Of a stretch of DNA of 32,000 nt, positions 1 through 7,145 are shown piece by piece. How positions within the stretch are numbered: position 1 is the stretch's first letter; each line of letters opens with the position of its first letter. The notes under the pieces were generated by a model. The model searched no databases. It saw nothing but the letters and a program-made list of their open reading frames with translations, and was not told where the DNA came from. The translations under genes and the position numbers were made by a program. The DNA lies in contig JALHOH010000002.1 in assembly GCA_022843095.1 (NCBI GenBank), forward strand, positions 1-32,000. Direction: 5' to 3'. The stretch is from Candidatus Saccharimonadota bacterium (GTDB lineage Bacteria; Patescibacteriota; Patescibacteriia; 2-12-FULL-60-25).

Positions 1-143
1 CCGACCGAGCTGGTCAGCGACGTCACACGGGGAAGACACGCGGCAACGCGACCTGTTCGCGGAAATTCGTCGCGCCGCTCCGCGAGGTCAGCGCGTTGCG
101 GCAGAGCGATGCGGCGGGATCGGCGAGGGCCGATTCGCGATCT

Positions 144-1568
144 CTATCGCGGCTTTGCCGTTCGTTCGCAGGCTTCGACAAACCCGCACGGCGGATCCTC
201 GTCCAGAGTCATGAGGTTGTGAAAAAAAGACGAGATGTCGGAGCGTCGCGGAGAAGAAAGCAACTCCGCTCGTGCGCTGCGCCGTTCGTTGGCATCAGGG
301 TGGCAGAACGCATTGCAGCAGAGGAGCGTGAGTCGGTCGTGTTCGGCGTATGGCGTGTTGGAGACGCTGCTTTGTTCTACGAGCGCGCGCAATCGATCGA
401 GGCACGCTTGAACCTGCGGGTGCTGTTCTCGGGAGGCAGAGAACCAGAGCTGCGCCTTCTCCACTCGCTCGCCGGAGTTGCCTTGGGGCTCCATTCCCTC
501 TGATTCGCATTCGCGCAGAGATGCTTCTAACTGCATACGCCACGAACTTTCGCGGACGAGATCTTCAATCTGCGTGAGGTTTCGAGCAAACGACGCGCTT
601 GCGACAACAACCTCTTGCCACCGTACGAGCGCCCACTTTCCGTATGAGCCGAGGCGCCGGTCTCGCTGTAGCTCGGCCAACTGGTTCCAACGGTCGCGAA
701 GGGACAACATGAGCTCGAGGTCTGCTTCATACTCGTGACGAAACCGGTGATCGAGCGCCGCTTCGATCCCGAGCACGAGCTCAATCGCGCCTGCGAGCGG
801 ATCGACGTCCACCAGTCGTTCGCCGCGCTCTTCCGGCCGAGAGCTCGGCGGCATTGTGTCCGTATCCAGGCGAAGCTCGCAGAGTTCACGCCGTGCGCGT
901 GCGAGCATGGCTGCGTTGTTGGGGTCCCGAGCCGCAGATTTGCGCCGAACACGGTGTGCCTCACGCGCCACGCGTGCGGCACTCAGCAGCGTGAGCTGGC
1001 GCGGCTTTGGAACACTCGCGAGTTCGTCGATCGTTGGGACCGGAAGCGGGTGTCTCTGTGTTTCGATCGGAAACGCAGGTGGCGAGGAAAGGTGGATCCA
1101 TCGCCAGATTTCTTCGATTTGCGCGATCGGTTCAATTGCCACTTCGATGTCGAATCGGTCGGCCCACTGCACGCGATTCCCCTGAACTGAGATTAGGCTG
1201 TTCTGTTTTCTCGCGACCTGCCTCAACCGATTCGGTACATTGTCGATGGAGACGCTCCCATTCCAGAAACGAAGGAGTTCCACGTCCGTCGTCTCGATCG
1301 CGACGCCTCTGGAACGTCTGCTGCTCGATGCCAACTGCGCGAACGCGAGGCGCAGCAATACGACGCCAACCTGATTGGAGAATGGGGAGGATGAAGATCC
1401 GATCACGGGCGGCTCAAAGTGCCCCGAGCCGCGTCTCCCCACGGTTGGCGCAGTCATCACCAGATGGGTCGACGTGCTGTGGTCACTGACCAGCAGGTGC
1501 GTGTCTCGCTGCTCCGGTCCCGCTGCTGTGCACCAGAAGTTGAGCTGGAGGCGTTGGGTATCGCCCAT
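144..1568 (-). CDS. hypothetical protein (474 aa), no domain recognised
   Basis: Longest ORF in the region with balanced, helix-rich composition. Overlapping frames (96..503, 735..1190, 1007..1489) are Arg/Ser/Ala-rich shadow frames typical of high-GC DNA. Start codon uncertain. Confidence 0.5.
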   Translation of the reverse strand: MGDTQRLQLNFWCTAAGPEQRDTHLLVSDHSTSTHLVMTAPTVGRRGSGHFEPPVIGSSSSPFSNQVGVVLLRLAFAQLASSSRRSRGVAIETTDVELLRFWNGSVSIDNVPNRLRQVARKQNSLISVQGNRVQWADRFDIEVAIEPIAQIEEIWRWIHLSSPPAFPIETQRHPLPVPTIDELASVPKPRQLTLLSAARVAREAHRVRRKSAARDPNNAAMLARARRELCELRLDTDTMPPSSRPEERGERLVDVDPLAGAIELVLGIEAALDHRFRHEYEADLELMLSLRDRWNQLAELQRDRRLGSYGKWALVRWQEVVVASASFARNLTQIEDLVRESSWRMQLEASLRECESEGMEPQGNSGERVEKAQLWFSASREQHPQVQACLDRLRALVEQSSVSNTPYAEHDRLTLLCCNAFCHPDANERRSARAELLSSPRRSDISSFFHNLMTLDEDPPCGFVEACERTAKPR

Positions 1569-1600
1569 GGAAGGGGAGTGTACCAGTCGGTCGGCGGAAC

Positions 1601-1640
1601 TTCTCCGATCTCCTCCGATCTCCTCCGATCTCCTCCGAAC
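1601..1640. repeat. 4 tandem copies of a 10-bp unit (TCCTCCGATC; outer copies have 1 mismatch each)
   Basis: Read directly: ttctccgatc tcctccgatc tcctccgatc tcctccgaac. Three GATC sites at exactly 10-bp spacing. Lies in the divergent intergenic region between 144..1568(-) and 1883..2623(+). Confidence 0.9.
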
Positions 1641-1882
1641 GTGTCCGGCGAACAGAGGGGGGGTTCGTGACGAAACGCCAACTCATCCAAAACAATGAAT
1701 ATTGCCGCGCGATCCGAGAGTCGCACTCTCGAACCACCACAAAAAACCACGCAGAACGCGTGGTGTGGGCGGAGCCCTCGGCTGTGCAGAAGAGGGGTCT
1801 CCGCGGGTGCGGTTCGGGCGATTGGCGTCGCTCGAACTGCCGAGCACGCACGAAACGAACCATCCATCATGGAAAACACAAC

Positions 1883-2623
1883 ATGACGAACAATCGGAAA
1901 TCGCACACGCGCCCCAGCGGAGCCCCAGGATCGCCCCCCTCCAACGAGCCGTCCCGGATTCCTCTGAGGTTTTCAGATGTTAGGAACAGAGACACTGAAC
2001 AGCATACTGAACAGGCTGTCAAGGCCCCGCCCGACGAGGCCCTACAAGCAGCCCACGCGCTGTGCCTCTGCGTCGCGGAAGTCGCCAACCGCGTCGTTCG
2101 TGCCCGCGTTCCGCGATCCCGGGCCGAAGCGCTCGCGGAGGACGTGCGGCAGGACGCGTGCGTGCGAGTCCTCGAGCGTGCCCATTCCGGAGTCTTCTCG
2201 ATTCCGCAGCTCCCCACTGCGTATGCGGTCGCGACCGTGTCCAGAACGCTCTCGAATGCACTCCGTGCTCCCGCCGAGCGGCATGCGCATGCGGAATTCG
2301 ATGAAACTCACGATGCAACCGAAACCGATGTTGGCGACCTGCCGGACCACGCGCTCGACGCGCGCGAGCGAGCGAATCAGCTCGCAGCAATGATCGCTCG
2401 CCTCGACCAGTTGGCCGAGGAGCCATCTGCTCGCGGCAGTGTGGCGCGTGCGCTGCGAGCCAAGATCGCCGCTGGCCTCGACCCGACGCTTTCGACGTCG
2501 GATGCACGAACGATCGGGTGTGGCCGCACGAGGCTGTTCGCGCTGCGCGACGAGGTGTTGCGCGATCTTCGCGACCACCTCTTGCTGGCGTCGCTCGACC
2601 CCGCGAACGACAACGCGCGATAG
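1883..2623 (+). CDS. possible ECF/sigma-70-like or HTH regulatory protein (weak)
   Basis: The ORF is open from 1667; the first ATG is at 1883. The segment AEDVRQDACVRVLER...YAVATVSRTLSNALR resembles sigma-70 region 2. The C-terminal RTIGCGRTRLFALRDEVLRDLRDHL resembles a region-4-type HTH. Similarity judged by eye only. Confidence 0.4.
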   Translation: MTNNRKSHTRPSGAPGSPPSNEPSRIPLRFSDVRNRDTEQHTEQAVKAPPDEALQAAHALCLCVAEVANRVVRARVPRSRAEALAEDVRQDACVRVLERAHSGVFSIPQLPTAYAVATVSRTLSNALRAPAERHAHAEFDETHDATETDVGDLPDHALDARERANQLAAMIARLDQLAEEPSARGSVARALRAKIAAGLDPTLSTSDARTIGCGRTRLFALRDEVLRDLRDHLLLASLDPANDNAR

Positions 2624-2641
2624 CTCGCGCCCCGCGGCGCG

Positions 2642-3793
2642 CTATCTCGTCGGGATCAGCATGAGCACTTGCTCGCGGATTTCCGTGAACATCATCACGG
2701 CATAGGCCTCCGGTCGAAAGCCCCACCGCGTCCGATACGGAGACGACTCGGACCGTGTCGCCTCGTCGCGAATGCACGCGTGCCAGTCCTCGATCACCTC
2801 GTCTGGCAACGAGCGGATCGCGCTCGGGGGCAGACGCACGAGATAGAGTCCGTCCCGATGGGCGAAGCCCTCGCCCACACGGAGCGCGAGGCGCGCAATG
2901 TCCGGACGTTCGACCGAGGCCTTGCTCATCGTGAGCGCGATCATCGGCGTTTTCCCAAGAAATCCTGCGCTCGCGACGTACTTGTTCCCGACCGTGACGC
3001 TTGCGATGTAGTGCGGGTCGCTCGCAGAGATGTTCACAAAGAGTCGCGGGTCTTCTGGACCGAGCTGCGACGCGACAACTGCTTCTCGCAACACATCGAG
3101 CGTGGTTTCGATCTGCTCGCGCGTCGAGCCAAGTCGACGCAGTCGCTTTCCGATCCGAACGAGCGTCGTGTGGTCGAGCGGGCCAAGCACTGCGAGCGCG
3201 GTGCTCGACTCGTCGATCGTTGGATCGGCGCGGACACATGGCCCAGCGGCCGGGAGCTGGACACGCTCGATTACGGCGTTTAGCTCGTCGCTCGCCGCCC
3301 TCGCTTGCGCGCCGCCAAGGGCATTGGCAAGCGCTCGTGCGGCAGAGACATCCACGAAGGCAGACGATTTCCATAGTGCTTCGAACCAGGCGGCGAGCTC
3401 AGTGATCGTCGCTGCGGTGTCGATGAGCACCGCCATCTCGGTCCGGCGCCCCAAGCCCGCGTTGGTCAGGTTCGCCGATCCAACGAGCGCCTCTTCCGTG
3501 CCGATCACGACCTTGGCGTGTACCCCGCGACAGTCCTGCACCCGCTCATGGTGTGCTTCAATGAAGTCCGCCGCTCTCTGCGCCTCGTACCCCTCCGCGC
3601 GCAGCCACTCCTGCACGTCCGTCACGAGCCGCCACGAACTCGCACGCGAGGTCACCTCGAGCAATCGCTTAACCGAGAGGTAGGGGCCGACGATGTCGAC
3701 CTTCCCTCCTCGCGTGATCTTCGCGATGGCTCGCGCGAACGGCGACGTTCGCGAAGGCGCATCGAGCGAGTGATACACGAGCTTCTCCGCCAC
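2642..3793 (-). CDS. PLD-superfamily (single HKD motif) nuclease-like protein with an unknown ~230-aa C-terminal domain
   Basis: The motif HAKVVIGTEEALVGSANLTNAGL fits HxK(x4)D/E(x6)GSxN of phospholipase D/Nuc-type enzymes. Only one HKD copy is present, as in Nuc, which dimerises. The overlapping 2019..3374(-) and 2669..3283(+) frames are Arg-rich shadows. Confidence 0.75.
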   Translation of the reverse strand: MAEKLVYHSLDAPSRTSPFARAIAKITRGGKVDIVGPYLSVKRLLEVTSRASSWRLVTDVQEWLRAEGYEAQRAADFIEAHHERVQDCRGVHAKVVIGTEEALVGSANLTNAGLGRRTEMAVLIDTAATITELAAWFEALWKSSAFVDVSAARALANALGGAQARAASDELNAVIERVQLPAAGPCVRADPTIDESSTALAVLGPLDHTTLVRIGKRLRRLGSTREQIETTLDVLREAVVASQLGPEDPRLFVNISASDPHYIASVTVGNKYVASAGFLGKTPMIALTMSKASVERPDIARLALRVGEGFAHRDGLYLVRLPPSAIRSLPDEVIEDWHACIRDEATRSESSPYRTRWGFRPEAYAVMMFTEIREQVLMLIPTR

Positions 3794-3981
3794 ACGCGGA
3801 GCATACGTCAGCGACCTGAAACAGTGCGCGTCAGCAAGCCGAGTCCTGCGTCGTCTCTGTGCCTGATCGCGTTGCTCCTGACGCTCGCATGGCGCTAGCG
3901 TTCAGGTGGTCACAGCGGGGGCCGCCATCGCCCTCGTCGAACTTGTCCCTCTCCCTGTCTGTTCACTTGGAGCTGTCCCGC

Positions 3982-4038
3982 ATGTCCAACCTGCCGAACG
4001 ACTTCGTCCTTCGATACGCCCGCCCGCCCGCGGAGAGC
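3982..4038 (+). pseudogene. displaced 5' fragment (19 codons, MSNLPNDFVLRYARPPAES) of the CBASS CD-NTase gene, cut off by the IS insertion
   Basis: The fragment ends exactly at the left target-site duplication copy. Deleting 4039..5621 joins it in frame to codon ACC at 5622 of the CD-NTase body. Confidence 0.65.
4031..4038. repeat. left copy of the 8-bp target-site duplication CGGAGAGC
   Basis: Identical octamer abuts the outer side of both IS termini (4031..4038 and 5614..5621). Confidence 0.8.
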
Positions 4039-5613
4039 GGGTGTGATTGCGGTTAGTCATGCGACGACCGGGACAGCAGATTGCTCACTGTGGATGAGGA
4101 GAAGTGTGTCGATGACGAGTTGCCAGCGACCGCTGCGAGCGGCGGCGCGAAGCCGAATGAAACGGGCTGCGTTCTTGTGCTTCCACCGCGTTCCACAGCG
4201 CTTCATTCGAACCTCGACCACGGTCTTGCAGGTTGCCTCCACCGGGCCGCTCCCAACTGGGCGTCCCTCGCGCCGCGCTTTTGCGTAGTCCAAACGCCCG
4301 GCCTCTCCGTGATTTCGTAGGTACGTGATGGCGTCGTGGACGGGGCGCTCCTTGCTTCCAGGCGGCTCTTCTCGACGCCATCGCGTGATGTGATCCAGCA
4401 GGATTTTCCACGCAGAACTGTCGTTCAACAGCCGCAGCCGCCAGTACCCAATCTCGCGCGCACCGCGGTCCTTGCCCCAGCGCGAGACCATTGCGCGACC
4501 CAGCTTTTCAAGAAGGTGCCAGAAGTCCACCAGCTTCTTCACGGCGGACGCGATGTTGTCCGCAGAAAACGCACGCTCTGCGGCGTTCCAGAACTCGTGC
4601 GCCCCGTCGCACACGACGCTCACCACGAGCTCTGGACGCTGCGCCAGCGCCGCCTTGCAGTCGTCTCGAAGCGCGTCACACAGCTCATCGATCGACTCGT
4701 TGGGCATGCGGGCGTAGCGGATGGTTCCCAGTGTTTTGCCTTGTGAATCGTGCCAGCTCATGGTTGCGCAGTACGCCATCTCGAACACGCGCTCGATCGG
4801 TCGCTTCGCCGCGTTCTTCTTCGGTCGCCCTGCAGGACGCTTGCGCGGATACTCGACCGGCAGGCTCACGCGATCGATCGACAGCACGATTCCTGCGGTC
4901 TTCTCGGGCACAGAGACGGCGCGAACGCACTGCTCTTCGACGGCCTCTTGATGCTCCATGTAGAGCTTTCCGATGGCCTGCGTTTGCTTCCAGAAGGACG
5001 AAGCTGCATAGGGCAGCAGTCGCAATTGCGAGGAAATTTCCTGCGCTTCTCGCTGTGGAACATGCTCGACGAGCATGGCCATCGCAGCGCTCGTCGCAGG
5101 GAGCCAGTGCTTGATCGCGCCGCATCGAGCGCTCACGGGGTCGTAGGTCTTGGCGTTGGGCAACCCATCGGGCGCGTAAATCGAGCGGACGACGGTGATG
5201 GGTCCCGAGCGAGAGAAGAGCGTGACGGGGCGGCGGCAGCGCACGCGCAGAGTGCGTCCGTCCTGTGTTTTCAGGGGCGAAGTGCGATCACACGCGGTCA
5301 CGATCGTGGTGAGGATCGCCCGCTCGAACGCAGCCGAGAGGTCGGCGACCAGCGATTCGACCGCGGGGAAGTAAAGGGGCTCGTCGCTGCGTGCGTGGCG
5401 GACCGCTTGGGCGATCAACGGAAGAACATCGGCGAGAACACCGAGAAGGGGCTCGACCTCTGAGTCGAGTTGAAGCATCGTAGGCATGGGGCATCCGTGC
5501 AGTGGTTGATGTGGTAATTGCCTGCTGCCACGGCTCTGCCCCGCTGTCGCGCACCTTCTCGCCGGCGTTTGTCAGCTCACGTCGGAGCTCCCGCACGATC
5601 TGCAATCACACCC
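4039..5613 (-). mobile_element. insertion sequence, ISKra4-like family, 1575 bp
   Basis: Terminal inverted repeats GGGTGTGATTGC (4039..4050) and GCAATCACACCC (5602..5613) are 12/12 identical, with about 16/19 identity when extended inward. They are flanked by the perfect 8-bp direct repeat CGGAGAGC. The element contains a single transposase ORF. Confidence 0.8.
4057..5487 (-). CDS. DDE transposase, ISKra4-like
   Basis: 476 aa. The C-terminal pattern VCDGAHEFWN...VDFWHLLEKL...YLRNHGEAGRLDYAKARREGRPVGSGPVEATCKTVVEVRMKRCGTRWKHKNAARFIRLRAAARSGRW matches, from memory, the conserved DG..W / DxxH..E / Y..N...M.Y / G.PIGSG.VES.CK / R.K.SGMRW / LR signature of ISKra4-family transposases. Confidence 0.85.
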   Translation of the reverse strand: MPTMLQLDSEVEPLLGVLADVLPLIAQAVRHARSDEPLYFPAVESLVADLSAAFERAILTTIVTACDRTSPLKTQDGRTLRVRCRRPVTLFSRSGPITVVRSIYAPDGLPNAKTYDPVSARCGAIKHWLPATSAAMAMLVEHVPQREAQEISSQLRLLPYAASSFWKQTQAIGKLYMEHQEAVEEQCVRAVSVPEKTAGIVLSIDRVSLPVEYPRKRPAGRPKKNAAKRPIERVFEMAYCATMSWHDSQGKTLGTIRYARMPNESIDELCDALRDDCKAALAQRPELVVSVVCDGAHEFWNAAERAFSADNIASAVKKLVDFWHLLEKLGRAMVSRWGKDRGAREIGYWRLRLLNDSSAWKILLDHITRWRREEPPGSKERPVHDAITYLRNHGEAGRLDYAKARREGRPVGSGPVEATCKTVVEVRMKRCGTRWKHKNAARFIRLRAAARSGRWQLVIDTLLLIHSEQSAVPVVA

Positions 5614-6446
5614 CGGAGAGCACCGTCGCCCGAGCCGTGTCCCTCCATCAAAACGTCCGAGCCGCGCTGGGCGAAGGCTACGCGACGCTCCTCCAGGGCA
5701 GCTACAAGAACGACACGTCGCTCTGGGACATGAATGACGTCGATCTTGTCGCGGTCTCGTACGGGCTCGTGAGCAACGCGTTTGGGCGGGTCCCGTCCGG
5801 GGGCACGACCGTCTCGTGGGACGAGATCTTCGCGCGCATCGAGCGCAAGCTGCAGGCGGACAGTCGGAATGCCGGGAAGTGGCAGCGGAAGGACAAGTGC
5901 ATCCAGTTGAACACGGGCGTCACGATCGACGTCGTTCCTGCGGTCTACGTCACGAGCCCCGAGAGCGACCCTGTCGCGATCTTCTCGTTTCGCGAAAGGC
6001 GGGAGCGCTGCAATTGGCCGCGCAACCACTACGAAGCAGGAGCGGAGAAGAGTCGCCGCACAGACGGCGCGTTCAAGCAGACGGTGCGTCTTTTCAAGGC
6101 GTGGCGACGTGCGGTCACGACGGACAGCAAGATGGCGCCCTCGTTCTACATCGAGTGCCTGCTCCATGCGGTGCCCGACGGATGCTTCTCGAACGTCGGT
6201 GCAGACGCCTTCGTCTCGGTCGGGCGCGAGATCGTTGCCTGGAACTACCACACGCGCCCCGTGCTTCGCCCCGGAGGAGGGGACAGCATCTTCACGAACA
6301 CCGAGTGGGACGCCCCACAATTCAAGTCCTTTCAGCAGAAGCTCGGTGAGGCGCTCGTGCACGCCGACTACGCCCGACGTGCCGCGAACGAGCAGCTCGC
6401 ACGGGGGGCGTGGATCCGCGCGTTCAACGGGCAGTCGCCGTCATGA
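5502..6446 (+). CDS. CBASS cyclic-oligonucleotide synthase (CD-NTase / SMODS-type nucleotidyltransferase); native 5' end displaced by the IS, and codons 1-37 of this ORF are IS-derived
   Basis: GSYKNDTSLWDMNDVDLV supplies the GS plus DxD motifs of the Pol-beta nucleotidyltransferase fold. A third acidic residue lies in GVTIDVVPA. The gene forms an operon with a 2TM/beta effector. The ORF opens at GTG 5502, inside the IS right end. Native sequence starts at 5614. Confidence 0.75.
   Translation: MVDVVIACCHGSAPLSRTFSPAFVSSRRSSRTICNHTPESTVARAVSLHQNVRAALGEGYATLLQGSYKNDTSLWDMNDVDLVAVSYGLVSNAFGRVPSGGTTVSWDEIFARIERKLQADSRNAGKWQRKDKCIQLNTGVTIDVVPAVYVTSPESDPVAIFSFRERRERCNWPRNHYEAGAEKSRRTDGAFKQTVRLFKAWRRAVTTDSKMAPSFYIECLLHAVPDGCFSNVGADAFVSVGREIVAWNYHTRPVLRPGGGDSIFTNTEWDAPQFKSFQQKLGEALVHADYARRAANEQLARGAWIRAFNGQSPS
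5614..5621. repeat. right copy of the 8-bp target-site duplication CGGAGAGC
   Basis: See the left copy at 4031..4038. Confidence 0.8.
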
Positions 6447-7099
6447 GCACGGGCATTCACCCGTATGCCCACGACAAGCAGGAAGAGGCGCAGCGGTGGC
6501 TCTTCGTTCCCGCGCTCGTGCTCGCGTTCGGTTTGGGGAAGATCTTGGAGGTGGTGCATGCGCCGTGGTGGATCGACACGCCCGCGCCCTTCGGGTTCCT
6601 CGCGGGCCTTGCGTGGTTCTTCAACAAGTGGGGCTGGCATGCGTTTCGATGGCTGCACGGCATCCCCGACCTGCGCGGCACGTACGAGCTGGAAATTCTC
6701 TCGTCGAACGATCAGCACGCGAAGCCCATCCAGGGGACGCTCACGATCGCGCAGGAGTGGACCCGCATCCTCGTGACCGTGAAGACCGCGACATCGAGCT
6801 CGTCGAGCATCGGGGCGTGGCTCACGGACGATCCAACGCAGGGCGCCGTGCTCACCTACGCGTACCGCAACGAGCCAGATCCCGCGGCGAAGAACGACCT
6901 CCACGCGCATGCGGGCACGGCGAAGATCACGTTCGCCGCCGACGGTACGGCGCGAGGTCGCTACTACAACGACCGCGATCGCCAGACGTTCGGGTCGCTG
7001 GCGCTCACAAAGCGCGTCGCAGCGAGAACGTCATCACAGCCCGCAGCCACAGGCGCGACGGCGCCGGCTTCGACTCCGACCGACGCGGATGGGGCTTGA
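6443..7099 (+). CDS. cap15: Cap15-like CBASS effector (two N-terminal TM helices plus a beta-strand-rich C-terminal domain)
   Basis: ATG 6443 overlaps the CD-NTase stop (ATGA, TGA at 6444..6446). Two hydrophobic helices are present (WLFVPALVLAFGLGKIL and PFGFLAGLAWFFNKWGW). They are followed by the beta-rich DLRGTYELEILS...GTLTIAQEWTRILVTVKTATSSSSSIGAWL...LTYAYRNEP...HAGTAKITF...GRYYNDRDRQTFGSLAL, which fits the S-2TMbeta/Cap15 pattern recalled from the literature. Confidence 0.65.
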   Translation: MSTGIHPYAHDKQEEAQRWLFVPALVLAFGLGKILEVVHAPWWIDTPAPFGFLAGLAWFFNKWGWHAFRWLHGIPDLRGTYELEILSSNDQHAKPIQGTLTIAQEWTRILVTVKTATSSSSSIGAWLTDDPTQGAVLTYAYRNEPDPAAKNDLHAHAGTAKITFAADGTARGRYYNDRDRQTFGSLALTKRVAARTSSQPAATGATAPASTPTDADGA

Positions 7100-7145
7100 G
7101 GATGGTTGCACACGGGCAGTTCATTCTGCGTCCGCGAGGGCCGTC

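Noticed and set aside
1601-1640. Possibility that the tandem repeat is a CRISPR array
   Set aside because: The units are 10 bp and contiguous with no spacers, and no cas genes are present.
2019-3374. 451-aa ORF on the minus strand, plus 2669..3283(+) and 3030..3683(+)
   Set aside because: Extremely Arg/Ala/Pro-rich with no motifs. These are typical out-of-frame shadows of real high-GC genes (the sigma-like and PLD genes).
5577-6362. 261-aa ORF antisense to the CD-NTase
   Set aside because: No motifs and Arg/Asp-rich. The plus frame carries the nucleotidyltransferase motifs and is coupled to cap15.
5502-7099. Type II/III CBASS classification
   Set aside because: No Cap2/Cap3 (E1/E2/JAB) or HORMA/TRIP13 genes lie adjacent. 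Only the cyclase and one effector are present.
6909-7145. N-terminal extension of the CoiA-like ORF
   Set aside because: The extension is Arg-rich and low-complexity, and it overlaps the cap15 3' end. ATG 7146 gives a clean N-terminus just before the Zn-ribbon.
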